Shown here: piece after piece, positions 28,913 through 44,538 of the stretch
Numbering within the stretch: the first letter of the stretch is position 1
How the letters are laid out: every line of letters begins with the position of its first letter
Source: the human T2T-CHM13v2.0 reference genome, Homo sapiens
Assembly: GCF_009914755.1 (NCBI RefSeq)
Contig: NC_060927.1
Strand: one strand, 5' to 3'
Length of the DNA stretch: 64,000 nucleotides
The notes under the pieces: model-generated
Databases searched by the model: none
What the model was told of the DNA's origin: nothing
Seen by the model: the letters and a program-made list of their open reading frames with translations, nothing else
Position numbers and translations under genes: made by a program

Positions 28913-30215
28913 ATTGTCATATTCAAAGATAGCATCAATGAGGAATCATGGTAGAATAAGAAAATAACGGGGCTTGAAATCAGACTTTGGCACAGTTCCT
29001 AGCAACTTACTAGCTGTGTGACATTGTGTGAGTTACTTACTCTGAGCTTCGGTTTCCTTCTCTGTAAAATAGAGATGAAGTGTATGAGGACAACCTATGG
29101 AACAACCAGTGGAACTAACCTATGGAACTAACATAGTGCCTGATACACAATATAATGCAAATCTTGAGCTACTTTTACTAATAATTTTGCTATTTCTGTA
29201 TTCGTATACTCTCACCCCATCCCTCTGGGAATCAGGAATGCAGGGGTGTTGGCAAGATTGCTAGTTGGATTGACAATTCAATCTATGTCCACAGCTGAAA
29301 GAAAAGCCCACATTGGCCTACACAGGCACTGCGTCCTTCAGCCTGGATCCATTCATGCTGCCTGCTAGAAGTTCATTATCCATTTCTCTGTCTTCCAAGT
29401 CAGAGGCATTAAACTACCTGAAAATGTGCTTTGAGGATTTGAAGAGCAATGTTGTTCTACCTTAATTAGCATTGTGTTCTATAAATTGTACCTAGTGATC
29501 CAACAGAACTTCAGGTTTCTCTTTTCCATAAGGTGACAATACACAAAGAACTAGGTACTTGTATATTAATATTCATTAGGTAAATTAAGTGTTCACATTA
29601 TTAGTAGAGTGCCAAACTAGGTCCAGCCCGTACTAGAGGATAATGAACAGTTACCAATTGCACCATTCCTGGCTAAGGTATTAATAGTTTTTTGTTATTG
29701 TTTTGGAACTGGTTAGTTACTACACACACATTTATCAGACCTGAAGAGGTGTAGTCACATACTGGAAAAGTGTATTTCATTATTTTAATTTACATTTGAG
29801 CATGGGTAGCTTTTCTAATTTTGGAAATGATATTAATAATACTTCATCTGTTGAACTTTGGTGTCATCTGTGCACTGAAGATTTAGATGCTTGCCTGATT
29901 GTTTCTATATAGAAACATGCCCTTCTCTAAAAATAAGCAGCTAATCTTAAAAGCCAGTTTAACTAAATGAGGATTCATTTTTTTTAAGTTGACATTTCTG
30001 GTGAGTCATTACACAGCCAGATCATTCTGTGGCTTTTCTGACCAGATTCCCTGCATCCAGGGTAGTCCTCCTCAAATTTTGAGTTATGAGAACCTTTGAA
30101 AACAGTGAATTTCAGGGGAGTCGTCATGGGTTTGTTTTTGCCCCATATATCGTAGTGATGGGAAAGCTAGGTGATAAGTTGAAACATTGACTTCTTCCCT
30201 TGTGCCTACCTGCAG

Positions 30216-30445
30216 ACCATGCCACAGGGCTATACAATGTATGGGACACAGATGCCTTTGCAGCAGACATCGCAGCAGCAGGCTGGCAGTGTGGTCCTGT
30301 CTCCCAGCTATAACTCCAGAGCCTATCCGGCCGCACATTCCAACCCCGTGCTAATGGAAAGACTCAGACAGATTCAGCAGCAGCCGAGTGGCTATGTTCA
30401 GCAGCAGGCCTCGCCGTACCTGCAGCCCCTGACTGGCTCTCAGAG
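30216..30445 (+). CDS. MED12L: MED12L coding exon (230 nt; TMPQGYTMYGTQ...LTGSQ)
   Basis: ctgcag| ... |gtgata, phase 0-2. Confidence 0.94.
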
Positions 30446-32076
30446 GTGATACATGTGGAAATGATGATGGCAATAATGAACAGTCACATTCTCGGGTTTC
30501 TTATGCTTCTTATAGGGCATGGTACTTTATCATTGTTTTTATGAGCTTGCATATTTGCAGATAATTTGCATTCTGTCATCTCGTTTTTAGTAGTATCCAG
30601 ATAGAGGTTCAACATAAAGAATGCTCCATCTTGTTTATTTCATTAAAGATCCTTACAGTTTTGACTCATGTCTTCCAAGACATGAGTGTAACAGTCTTTA
30701 CGTGATAGTGTGTTTGCTTCAGTGTTCTTTTTTTTCCTCTTCTTTTTTAAAAATTCTCTGAACATATCTAACAGAGAAAACTCTTGATTATTGTTAGGAA
30801 TGCCTTACTACAATTTGTTGATTGGAGCAATAAAATGTGTGATTGCAATACTAATTGTGCATGGTGCACATGAGAGTTTTGTTATAACTTAGTTTCTACC
30901 TTTTCCACCTCAAAGATATTTGGCAAAACAGGATTATGATAGACTTTTTTCTGTTCTTGTTTAATTAGATCCCTTAGAGTGTATAACTGTACTGTCTGTT
31001 GTAGTAGCTGCCAGCCACCTGTGGCTGTTTAAATTTAGACTATTTAAAATTAAATTAATAATATAGTTCCTCAGTCACACTAGTCACATTTCAAGTGTTC
31101 AGTGGTAGCCAAATGTGGCCAGCAGGACTAGCTTCAATGGTGTGTGACGTGCACTGTGTTTAGAAGGGCCTGTGTTTAAAAAGGCTTCATGCTTAGTTTA
31201 ATGCTCTGCAGTTTCTCTGTGGAAATTCTTACTAAGTTTTGATCAGGGAGCCTTGTGTTTTCGTTATTCACTGAGACCCCAAAATTATGCAGTTCGTTCT
31301 TGTGGCTAGTAGTTATCTTATTGGACAGCGCAGAGAGAAAACATTGCAGCCATCATAGAAAGTTCTGTTGGATAGTACTGTCTTAGCAGCATCATGTAAA
31401 ACGTGTCCATCTAGTGGATAGCAGCACAGCTCCCATCTGTTACCATCAATGGCTGCATGACGACTCCAAGTAATCGCTCTTTGGAAAGTTGGCAAGGTTG
31501 ATGGTAACACATTTGAGAAAATAGATATTTTGGATAATAATTTGGAAAATGTGCATTGTATGTACAATTTTTATAATAAATAGCAGCATAGCATGGCCCA
31601 CAAACTTGAATTTCAAAGCCCAAAAGTTCTGGGTTCAAATCCCACCTGTGCCATTTGCTTTCTTAATAAGTTACCTCTAGCTCTGTTTTTTCATTTTTAA
31701 AGTAGGGATAACGAAACTGCTGACCTTAAAGGGCTCTCTGGTGGGGAGTAAATGAAGTAACACATTTCAGACCTTTAGTACAGTGCCTGCTTCAAAGTAA
31801 ATGCTCAATTAATATTCCTCGTTGTTAAAAACTATTAAATGTTTAAAAAGTGATTTATTGCATGACTGCAATTTTACCTTAAGTCATGTGCTTGCTGTAC
31901 TTTTTCAAGTGGTCACATCTATTATTTTAACCACTGGGCTTTAGTCTATTTGAATTGTGCAAAGGATTATTGAGCACTGATTGTTTCTTGGTTGGTGTAT
32001 GTCATGTGCTGGTAGCACTGATTAAAAGTTTGACATTATGCTTGGGCCTGAACCAAGTTGCATTATTCTTTGCCAG

Positions 32077-32233
32077 ACTGAACCATCAGGCTCTACAGCA
32101 GAGCCCTCTGGTGGGCGGGGGAATTGATGCTGTGCTGACTTCTGCACATCCAAACCTTCCCTCCGTGCCCCTGCCTCAGGATCCCATGAGACCCAGACAG
32201 CCGCAAGTTCGACAGCAGCAGAGACTCCTCCAG
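32077..32233 (+). CDS. MED12L: MED12L coding exon (157 nt; LNHQALQQSPLV...QQRLLQ)
   Basis: ttgccag| ... |gtacgg, phase 2-0. Confidence 0.94.
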
Positions 32234-32811
32234 GTACGGGGCAGGGAGATGAGGGCAATGCCATCACCCTTCAGACAGTGCAAATATGCAACAGTCATAA
32301 AAAATGAAAAACACTATAGTTGTCAATTGCCAAATTCCAAGGATCCCTGTGGATTTGATGCTAGGAGCTACATTGGTACAATTTAGTTACAACTTGGCAA
32401 GAATTTTATTTTCTCTGTGTATCTACCAGGTTATGGGCAGAAGAGTACGTTTTGCAGAACATTCTTCCCATTTCACAAAGGTTTGGGAGGGCAGACGGAT
32501 GCCTTTAATAGAGTTGGCCTCAGCTTACCCAGTCTCTGTTTAAGTAGGAGCCATGCAAATTTTTTAAAAGTGTCATAAATGTGAAAACAAAAAACTGAGC
32601 CATCCAGAGCTTTCATCAGATTCCTAGAGCATTCTGCAATCTAAAAACATTTCTATAACACCTCTGGTCTGATAAGGCTGTGAAATGGGAGGAACATAGA
32701 CTGTTTCAAAGGATATTTCATCTTGTCTTTGTTAGAATCCAGAGAACTGTCATTCACTTATTTGATGTACATTTTAAGTCAGTTAGATAAAGGGTTCTTC
32801 CCCTTGATACA

Positions 32812-33093
<282 letters not shown>

Positions 33094-35248
33094 TGATATG
33101 TTCTTGTTTCTGACTTGCTTATTTAAAAAATATAGGCCATTATGTTTACCTGTGTCATTTGTCTTCAATATTAACAAGCTTGTCCTATGTTATTGGACTG
33201 GAGATTTCCTAAGGAGACTGTACAGTGGGCTCTAATCTTATCAGCAGTCCAACTTGAGATACACACTTACTTTATATACTACCAAGAACAGAACACCAAA
33301 AATGAGGAATCTAGTAGAGCTGGAGTGCCCAAGGGCTGTACTCTCAACTCGGTATAAGGTCAGTGAGAAGTAAACCTGCCATGCAGAAAGGGACACAAAG
33401 GAGCTTGGATGTCTTATCCTTGACACTGGATAGAGGGGAGAAACAAATATCTCCCCTGAGCATTTGAACCACAAGCTCCGGTGGGTTTGAGTCTGAATTC
33501 AGTGTGATCCACAAAATTCTGGTTGGTAGTGCCCAGGTGACAGGCAAAAGCCAACACACCCTCTGGAACTGGGCTTCCCAATTATAAGATGCCATTAGTA
33601 GTAAGATGTCATTAGTTCCATCCCAATTTGTGACCTGTTAAAAATGTTAAAAAAAAAAAAGTTGTATCACAAAATTGATAACATGTGGTAACCGATTAGG
33701 AGAGTATGGCCTTCAGATAGCAATCTCAGTCATTGTATAGATGTTGTTTCCAATGGTAAAAGCTCTCTAATCCTGTTTTGTCATGGAAATACTTATAGTA
33801 CCTATCTCTTAAATATGTAGAAAGGATTAAATAAGAATATTCAAGTAAACCACTCATTTGATAATTTTACGATTAATGTTATGACTATTATCATTACTAT
33901 GAGTACTCACTTTCTTAAATCATTTTTTCCAAGTTCTGAGGCTATGTTTCAGAATTTTTTAGGATTGATAATTTATATTTTGCTCTAGTTTAGAATTTCT
34001 CATTTCCAAATCACTGAGGAAAGTTACCACATTATTTGTTTACTTACCAGTTTTAAATCTTATGTTGGTGTTTTTCAAGGCTGCAAATACGGAAAGCCTT
34101 TTCTTATTAGACCATATGTACTTTTTATCCTAATTAGCATAATATGTCCTTCTGGTAATTTTTTCATCATCAACACATTCTTCCCTGGAGATAAGTGATT
34201 TGCTTCTACAACAGGATTATACTTCTTTTTTGGTGACTGGCCACCTCTGTAAAGGAAAAAGTTAATAATGATGAAGTTGGGTTAATTTTTCTTAGAAGAG
34301 GTTCTAGAGGGCTAACTGGAGAATCATATTGCAGTCATTGTGATTTGGGTCCAACTTGCATTGTTCTTGTTGGGATCATGCTACCCAGACCTCTGCTAGG
34401 ATTCCAGATCCATGAGCATTGTCACTTAGTGAGACATGCCATATGGCAATAGCTATTTATTAGTTGGCTGTAAAGCAGACCAGTAATTGAGGGGATAGTA
34501 TGCAAACCAAGTTGGAAAAGTACAAAAGATGAAGAAATGTCTAGACTGTCATCATTATCAGGATGAAGTGTTTGGGTGGAGGAAATTTTAAAGGTCATTG
34601 AAACAAAACAAAACAACTATTAATATTTTTCTCTCCTCTGTGTCCCACCTTGTGGATGTCTGGTCTGTGCTTTTTCTGTGACTTGGAAGCATTTTCCAAG
34701 AGCTGTGTGTTTGAGCCAACCCTGTTACTGACATGATTTCTGAATTTCTGATGTAAATTATGCCAGAAGGTGTCATGGCGACTAGTCTGCCTCTTCCTTT
34801 TGGAAAAAAACAAAAAACAAAAAAAAACCTTTAAGAATTCTGCCAGATATCATAAAGAATGAGAGGATTACTACTGAGCAGTCCCTGTCCAACCTGTAGT
34901 GTAAGAAGGGATAAAACATGCGGAAGGACAAAGGACATGAAAGGAATTAAAACAGTAAGCAGAAGGGATGGCCCCGGACAGCGCAGTGTGGAATAGACAG
35001 CAGTACTGACTGCCAGTGGAAGAGATCCGTAGGGTTGGGGTGGTCCTAGAAGGCTTCATGGATGAGCAGGTTTAGGTCTTGCCCTCAAAAGGACGAATGA
35101 GGTTCAGCAAGGTAGAGATGCAGCAGGCAGGTATATATTGTTTTTACTACAACATAAAAATTAGATAAAAGGTATATGGGGGAAACAGATTCAGCAATGC
35201 TGTTTTCTTCTTCCTTTTAAGTGTATAACATTTTTACCCTCTTTCCAG

Positions 35249-35359
35249 ATGCAGCAGCCCCAGCAGCCCCAGCCCCAGCAGCCTCCCCAGCCCCAGCAGT
35301 CCTCGCAGTCCCAGAGTCAGACCCTTGGTCTCCAAGCAATGCAGCCCCAGCAGCCCTTG
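35249..35359 (+). CDS. MED12L: MED12L coding exon (111 nt; MQQPQQPQPQQPPQPQQSSQSQSQTLGLQAMQPQQPL)
   Basis: ttccag| ... |gtaagg, phase 0-0. Confidence 0.94.
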
Positions 35360-36354
35360 GTAAGGCCTGTTGTTTTGGAATCAGACATGTGGGTTTCTTC
35401 TTTAAAAGCAGGTTGCATTGTTCATGTTCATAAGATTGTTAAGAATCGACAAAGCCTAAGTATACCCTAAAAATTTTTCCTAGAACTTTACTAGAGTTTT
35501 ATTGTCATTGTAGTTGGTATATTTATTTTCATAGGAAGATACAAGTAAATATTTGGGATTCAGTAGGTTATACCATTATTCTTCAAAATTTTTCGGACTG
35601 TTCCACAGACAAAATTTTTTACATTGAGACGTGGTCTTTTTTTCCTAAACAATGATAAAACGATGATTTACTATGTATGTTTAAAAGATTGTCTTACCAT
35701 ACTTTGATTTTTACTATAATCTCAAAAACCATGGGCGCACTTTCTAAAATATTATCTATTATCTTCAATAAGAAATTGTTTTTCATTCAGTTAGCACTTG
35801 CTGCAAGAGTTTTCATGTAACTCACAGTCGGATAGTTCACTTCTCTAGCTTCATAAATCAAATTTGGAAATGTCATATGCATAGCCATCAAAGTTTTCTA
35901 AACCTCAGTCATTTACAACAGCCATATTCCTGTTTCATTAATTACTTTTTTTTAAACTGTCATCTTATTATATTTGCTTAAATAAATGTAGTTTTCAAAG
36001 AAGCATTTTATCATTACCATCCATAATTATATCACTTGCCACATATTGGAAATATCTGTGAAAGTAAATACAAAAATAATTTAGAAGGGAATCTCCATTT
36101 AACTGAGTGATGTGAATTGCATGAATGAGCCCTACCTACGATGAGCTGGCTGACCGCTCATGTCTCACACTTTGAGAAACACTAGTGTAGACTGCCTTCA
36201 GCACAGGATTTTTAAACTAGCTGGTTTCACAACTTGTAGAAAAGGGGGAACAACGTGGTATAGAGATAGTACATATGGAGGGATCAGAGTAGAGTTAGGT
36301 GGTTAAAGAACTGCGTCCAAATCAGATTGACCAGAACATGGTCAACTGGAATAG

Positions 36355-36720
<366 letters not shown>

Positions 36721-36974
36721 TAAGTTAATTCTTTTTAATTATGGATCTAGTTTTTCCAGCTCTGATTTAAAAATATATATATGTTTGTGACATTTACTGC
36801 AATCTACTTCAGAAAACCTTCTTAAAGTAGAGGTAGTATGTAAAACTGCACTGCCTGCCTACCTATCCAATGTGTATTAGCAGGAACTGGCTGTTACTTA
36901 GCAAATGTTGTAGAAGAGATTCCTTTGGATGCACCACTGTTAGCTGAGTCTAGTGTCCCGTACAAGAACGAGAT

Positions 36975-38128
36975 ACACCTTTTGTTTTGAAATAATTTCA
37001 AATGACAGAAAATTTGCAAGAATAGTACAAAGAATTTCCATAAGCCCTTTACCCAGATTTACTAATTCTTAACATTTTGTCACATTTGCTTTATTATTCT
37101 CTCTTTCACTCCCCCCACCTACTGCCATTTAAACATACATGTGCCTCTTTACCCTTAAGTACTTTCACTTTTTTTTTTCCAAAACAAAGATATTCTTTTA
37201 TAAAAACTGGGTATTATTAAAATTAGGAAATTGAACATTACTACAATGCTTTATAACCTATAACTCTTTTGCAGATAGACAAATTAATGCTCTTTATTGC
37301 ATTGATTTTCTTTTTCCCCTGGTTCAGGATCATCACATTTTGCATTTGGCTTTCATGTCTTTTTACTCGCCTTCATCTAGACCAATTCCAAAGCTGCCTT
37401 TTTGTCTTCATGAAGTTGACATTTTTAAGGTCTATGGAATGTTTATTTTGTAGAATGCTACTCAATTTGATTTATCTGCCTAGATTAATCATGATTAGAT
37501 TCAGATTATACATTTTTGGCAACATTAGAGGTGCCATTGTGTCCTTTTCAGTGTATGGCATTAGGATATACATTGTTGGTGATATTACTTTAATCCTTTT
37601 GTGTGTCTTGTGTCTGATAGATCTCCCCACTGTGAACTTATTATTTTCCCTTTGCAATTAATAATTTATGAGAATAGTTTGATAAATCTGTCATTACTCA
37701 TCAAATCTTCACACACTACTGTTAGCATCTATTAAATTATTCTTGCCTAAATTCATTCTTACTATGGATGTGGAAAAATTATTTTTTTTTAATTTTTAAT
37801 TCTTTTAATTATGGATACATAATATTTGTACATATTTATGTACAGATACGTGAGATTTCGATACAAGCTTTCAATGTGTAATGATCAAATAAGGGTAATT
37901 GGGGTACCCAAAATCGCTTCAAGCATTTCTAATTTCTTTGTGTTATTTCGTGTTGTTTGTGTTTCTTTGTATTCCACTTCTACTCTTTTAGTGATTTTGA
38001 GACATATAGTAAATTATTGTAAACCACTGTTGCCCTATTGTACTACCAAACACTAGTTCTTACTTTGTAATGGGTACAAAATGGTGATTTTTCTTACTCT
38101 TATGTTTCTGCATTTAGCAGTTGGTATT
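36975..38128 (-). mobile_element. Old L1 3' fragments (L1MC-like, with a nested L1MA-like 3' end at ~37790-38060)
   Basis: Degenerate L1M 3'UTR motifs. Confidence 0.55.
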
Positions 38129-38569
38129 TGTATTAGTTAGGGTTCTCTAGAGGGACAGAACTAATGGAATAGATATGTATATATAAAGGGGAGTTTATTA
38201 AGTATTAACTCACATGACCACAAGGTCCCACAATAGGCTGTCTGCTGGCTGAGGAGCAAGGAGAGCCAGTCCAAGTTCCAAAACTGAAGAACTTGGGAGT
38301 CCAGTGTTTGAGGGCAGGAAGCATCCAACACGGGAGAAAGATGTAGGCTGGGAGGCTAGGCCAGTCTCTCCTGTTCATGTTTTTCTGCCTGCTTTATATT
38401 CGCTGGCAGCTGATTAGATGGTGCCCACCAGATTAAGGGTGCGTCTGCCTTCCCAATCGCACTGACTCAAATGTTAATCTCCTTTGGCAACACCCTCACA
38501 GACACACCGAGGATCAATACTTTGCATCTTTCAATCTAATCAAGTTGACACTCAGTATTAACCATCACA
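38129..38569 (-). mobile_element. HERV-L 3' LTR (MLT2A-like)
   Basis: TGTATTAGTTAGGGTTCTCTAGAGGGACAGAAC...TTAACCATCACA; adjacent polypurine tract AGGGGTGGACT on the minus strand. Confidence 0.85.
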
Positions 38570-40326
38570 AGTCCACCCCTTGTCTACTTGAGCCCATACA
38601 CACCTCCTGAGATCAGACATAATCTTCAAATAAAGACAATAGTAAGGTCGTAATTACAGCTAACATAATACAACTATCCTTCCTGCAACCGGAAACGCAC
38701 CAATCCCCAACCCAAATACTATTACATAAAGTTAACAATGCTTAAATCCTGATATGAAGTCAGTAAATCCTATGTCACATGACAAAGGAAAAGGAAATAA
38801 AATTAAGATATTAGTACAAGTGTATACCTGCACAAACATGTTTTTAACAAAAGAAGGAGGAAGTACTCATGACAGTTACAGTCCGCTTTTCTGCCACTGT
38901 CACGTGGTCATAGCCGGTATTGATGACTACCTTCTTCTGCTACCCATTCTGTATTCCCTTCACCTTCAGCAAGCACCTCAGCAGGTCGTGTTTTTCTTCC
39001 TGGTTGAGTGACCCAAAGCATTCCTGAGGGGTCTGGATCATTTGTAGTCCTGTCTGGTTTGGGCTGTTGTAGTTTCCCATTGACCTTAATCACAGGGCAT
39101 AGTAACACTAAGAGACGCCCTAATGGATCTCGTGTATTCCATGAATACTCTTCCTTACCTCTATTGTGGAATAGTAGACTGATTTCATCTTGATAGTCCG
39201 GGTCAGTCACCCCAGCCAACACTGTAACTCCCTTCTTAGCCTGTTGGCTTAAAGGTAGGAGGAGCCCAAAGTGTCCAGGTGGCAATCTTAATTTCCAGTT
39301 TAATAGAATCATTGTATTCCTAGTGGCAGTGTTCCTCCCTCTGGAACTAAGACCTCTAGGCCAGCAGAACGTAATGTTGTGGGAACAGGAAGCAAAAATT
39401 TTGCTAGTGGATCACTAGGAGTGATGGTGAGTGGTGCCACTTCCACTTCTACCCCTTGATTCCTGGACTTGTGAATCCTGGCTATGGGAGAAACAGTACT
39501 ATATATTGGATACTGATTAAGAGCATACACGGCCTTCTGGAGAACTTTGCCCCAGCCCTGCAAAGTATTGTCACCTAATTGGCATTGTAATTGTAACTTC
39601 AAAAGGCCATTTCACCATTCTGTCAATCCAGCTGCTTCAGGATGATGGGGAACATGGTAAGACCAGTGAATTCCATGAGCATGAGCCCACCGCTGCACTT
39701 CTTTAGCTGTAAAGTCAGTGCCTTGGTCAGAGGCAGTGCTGTGTGGGATACCATGATGGTGGATAAGGCATTCTGTGAGTCCACGGATGGTAGTCTTGGC
39801 AGAGGCGTTGTGTTCAGGATAGGCAAACCCACATCCGGAGTAAGTGTCTTCCAGTGAGGACAAACCTCTGCCATTTCCATGGTGGAAGAAGTCCAATATA
39901 ATCAACCTGCCACCATGTAGCTGGCTGATCACCCTGAGGAATGGTGGCATATCGTGGGCTCAGTGTTGGTCTCTGCTGTTGGCAAATTGGGCACTCAGTG
40001 GTGGCCGTAGCCAGGTCATCCTTTATGAGTGGAAGTCCACGTTGCTGAGCCTGTGCGTAACCTCCATCCCTGCCACCATGGCCACTTTGTTCATGGGCCC
40101 ATTGAGGAATGACAGTGGTGGCTGGGGAAAGAGGCTGAGTGGTGTCCACAGAATGGGTGATCCTATCCACTTGATTATTAAAATCTTCCTCTGCTGAGGT
40201 CACCCATTGGCGAGCACTCACATGGAATACAAATATCTTCACAGTTTTCAACCACTCAGAGAGGTCCAGCCACATACCTCTTCCCCAAATTTCTTTGTCA
40301 CTAGTTTTCCAATCATGCTTCTTCCT
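38570..40326 (-). pseudogene. HERV-L internal remnant: end of RNase H, integrase and dUTPase, frameshifted
   Basis: ORF fragments with HHCC zinc finger (HEQSGH...CPIC), WQVDYIG, SDQGTDF, HPEAAG, then dUTPase-like LPPGHFGLLLP...GVTDPDYQDEI; dUTPase downstream of integrase is diagnostic of ERV-L. Confidence 0.9.
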
Positions 40327-40338
40327 GTGCTTTACTGT

Positions 40339-40782
<444 letters not shown>

Positions 40783-41185
40783 TAGCCAAAGCTCTTCATT
40801 CTTTGTTTTTTTCTTTGCTAGAGAAGAGGGTGGTAAGGTAGCTGTTGAAGATAAGTGAACTCTTCCTGTTTTGGGGTTCTGATTCATGCTGTATCAAAGT
40901 GGTAATGGTAACACATTGCCCCCCATCCCCTGACTTGTCCTGCTGCTATCTGGTGACATTCACAGTTGAATTCAATAAATGCTTTTTTCTTAGGGTAGTG
41001 CAGAAGTGATTGCAGTCGTGTGTGTGGTGGAGACCAGCACCCTGCCAGATGTTATAGAGCGTGCCAGTGAAACATCACTTCCTGCCACTAGAGGACTTAG
41101 AATCATAGGAAGTGGCTCAATGGCAGCACTGCCTGTGGAAAGTAGTTTACGGTTGCTGAATTTTTGACAGAAGAGCTGGAGGCAT

Positions 41186-41671
41186 TGTATTAGTTTGCTA
41201 GAACTCCCTAACAAAGTACGCAAACTAGATGTCTTCAACAACAGAAATGTACTGTCTGTTTTGGAGGCCAGAAATCCAAGATTAAGGTGTCAGCAGGGTT
41301 GTTGGTTCCCTCTGAGGGCTGTGAGAGAGAATCTGTTCCATGCCTCTCCTCCAGCTTCTGGTGGCTCGCTGGGACTCTTTGGCATCGCTCGGCCCGTGGA
41401 AGCAGCACCCTGAGCTTTGCCTCCACCTTCGCAGGCATTCTCCCTGTGCATATACGTGTCTACTTTTTTATAAGGATACCAGTCCTTATGCATTTTCACT
41501 TTTTATAAGGACACCAGTCATATTGGTTTAGGTCCCATCCTAATTATCTAATTTCAACTTGATTACCACTGTAAAGACCCTGTTTCTAAATAAGGTCACA
41601 TTCTGAGGTACTGGGTGTTACGACTCCAGCATGTCTTTTTTAGGGAACATAATTCAACCGAAATAATAACA
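41186..41671 (-). mobile_element. MaLR solo LTR (MLT1B/C-like)
   Basis: tgtattagtttgct...ggaggccagaaatccaagat...aataaggtcacattctgaggtact...aattcaacc...aca. Confidence 0.8.
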
Positions 41672-41748
41672 GGTCAGAAGGTGAGAGAAGTTTGGGAAGC
41701 CTTGACGGAGGAGGCTGAATGTGGCAGATGTTGAAGGCAGTAGGATTT

Positions 41749-42189
<441 letters not shown>

Positions 42190-43282
42190 GACTATTTTGT
42201 TCATCTCTTTGCTCGTTGACGTCATCAGCTGGGATGTGTGGGACAATGATCATCCCTTGGTTTTGGCTGTAAAAAATCACTTTAAAAACTTATAAAAAGT
42301 TAACAACTTGTAAAAAGTGACTCAGGGCAGAAATTAGTGCTTCTTTAAAACGTGTCACCAGAAAACAGAGTTTTTCTGTGAAAAGAGCAAGAAAGACTAA
42401 GAAAAGCCTATGTTTACAAATTAAATCTGGTCTGGACTTAATATCAATGCCTGTGTTGCCATCTACTTACTTAAGTTGCTTGTATTCTGTGAAGGAAAAA
42501 CATCTGGAAATAAAGACATGGGTACCCTTGCTGGGAAAATATATTTGGCATGTCTGATTTTGGCCTAAATTATAGTTCTTGACTAGAAAAATATTTTTAA
42601 TGCTTATTAAATCATTAAATAATTTTAATGCTTCTTGTTGTGATTAAGTTAATTCTTAACTAAATATGTTGACAGACCATGATCTATTCTTTAAAACTAC
42701 TTCCAGTGTTAAGAAAATAACGTTAACACCATCCCGCTGCATCATTTCCTTTCATCTTAAACTCAGGTTGTCTTAGTTTGGTGACTTAAAAAAATATGCT
42801 AACAGAAAGCTTTAAATAGTTGGCTTTTTACATCGACTGATCCTTGTGTCCGTTTCATATTATATTGAATATTTGCCTTTTAAAAATATGCATAATGGTA
42901 GCAGTAGTTACTTAATTACATTAAATTTTAGTCAGTGATCACTTGTGAAATTGTCCTTGACTCTTCCTCAAGAAATTCATTTGTTCCATTCAGAGAAATT
43001 GAGATATTTTTTCAGTCTGCCTCTGGAATTGGGAAGTAGCAGGCACAGATAATATGATTCTCCTTTTGAAGTGGAAGAAATTAGGTCCAGAGAACATTGA
43101 GCTACGTTGCCTTCCTTTGCATGAATTTGGAAAATTTTTTTTTCTTTTGGAAGGAAAAGAAGAAGTAATATTTATAGAAAGAGGTTGGGGAAGAAATATC
43201 AGGAGATTTCTGGTAACTGGATAGCCAATATATTTGATATAGTACTTTTTTCTTACTAAACTGTGTACAGATTAGATGACTC

Positions 43283-43566
43283 TGCCGGATGCAATGGCTC
43301 ACGCCTGTAATCCCAGCACTTTGGGAGGCTGAGGCGGGTGGATCACGAGGTCAGGAGATTGAGACCATCCTGGCTAACACGGTGAAACCTGTCTGTATTA
43401 AAAATACAAAAAATTAGCTGGGTGTGGTGGTGGGCGCTGGTAGTCCCAGCTACCCGGGAGGCTGAGGCAGGAGAATGGCGTGAACCCCCGGGAGGCGGAG
43501 CTTGCAGTGAGCCGAGATTGCGCCACTGCACTGTAGCCTGGACGACTGAGCAAAACTCTGTCTCAA

Positions 43567-43596
<30 letters not shown>
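43283..43596 (+). mobile_element. AluY
   Basis: GATCACGAGG, ACCATCCTGGCTAACACGGTG, AGAATGGCGTGAACCC and GAGCTTGCAG diagnostics. Confidence 0.9.
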
Positions 43597-43597
<1 letters not shown>

Positions 43598-44341
43598 TCT
43601 ATGCAAGTTACTAGTTACCTTGAAAATAAACACACAAAAAATTCTGAAACACATCAGCTGCTAGCTCTGTCTGAGAGTGTGGACTGAGAGTGTGCCGCCC
43701 TGTGAGAGTGGAGATGTGGCTGAGTGCATGCACAACCCTATACGTTGTTGTTCCTTCCGCTGCCGCTTGTAGGGACGGACGACCATGCTTCATTCGTCGG
43801 AGCAATCTGTGGACTCTGTCAGTTGGTAGTGCAGTTTTAAAATAAATGTTGCTTTGCTGCTTTGTTCTTTTGGTAACAAATGAAGTGGTCACAGCAAAAA
43901 CCTCTTAACTGTCATGAGGGAAGGGATGTATTTTACTCTGGTGCCCTTGGAACCCAGAAGATTGCCTGGATTTTGATAAATATTTGTTGAATGACTCATT
44001 TGTTGGATGTCAAAGCAATGAAAAAAACCTTTGTTAAAATCACACATTATCCATAAGAAAGGGAAAACACAATTCAGGAGGCAAGGTGTCCAGACCATCT
44101 GAGCATCGGTAGGTCCATTACTGAATCAGTCCTGCAGCTGATTTTGTCAGCATATGCTTTCGCTGACGGGGCAAGCTCAAGTTTTGAGACAAAAAATATT
44201 TAAATGATGTTTATTTAAATAGAAATTACTAATTAGCAGCACATTTTTGCCTATGCTGTGATTGAGCAGAAGAAGTAAATGTTATTGAATAAAATAGGAA
44301 TTTAGAGATCAGTCAAAATACATCAAAATACATTATCAGAA

Positions 44342-44538
44342 TTTTAATTTTAATTTATTTTAGAGACAGAGGCTCAATCTTGTCAGCCAGGCTGGGGTGC
44401 AGCAATGTGATCATGGCTCACTGCAGTCTCAGACTCTTAGGCTCAAGTGATCTTTCCACCTCAGCCTTCCAAGTAGCTGGGAACTACAGTAAATACATTT
44501 TTGTTTTTGTTTGTGTGTGTGTGTGTGTGTGTCTGTGT
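44342..44538 (-). mobile_element. Partial old Alu arm followed by a (GT)n microsatellite
   Basis: Right-arm homology at 44360-44488; GT repeat at ~44513-44538. Confidence 0.75.

Noticed and set aside
37269-37661. 130-aa hydrophobic ORF
   Set aside because: T-rich antisense old L1 sequence, non-ATG start, no splice context
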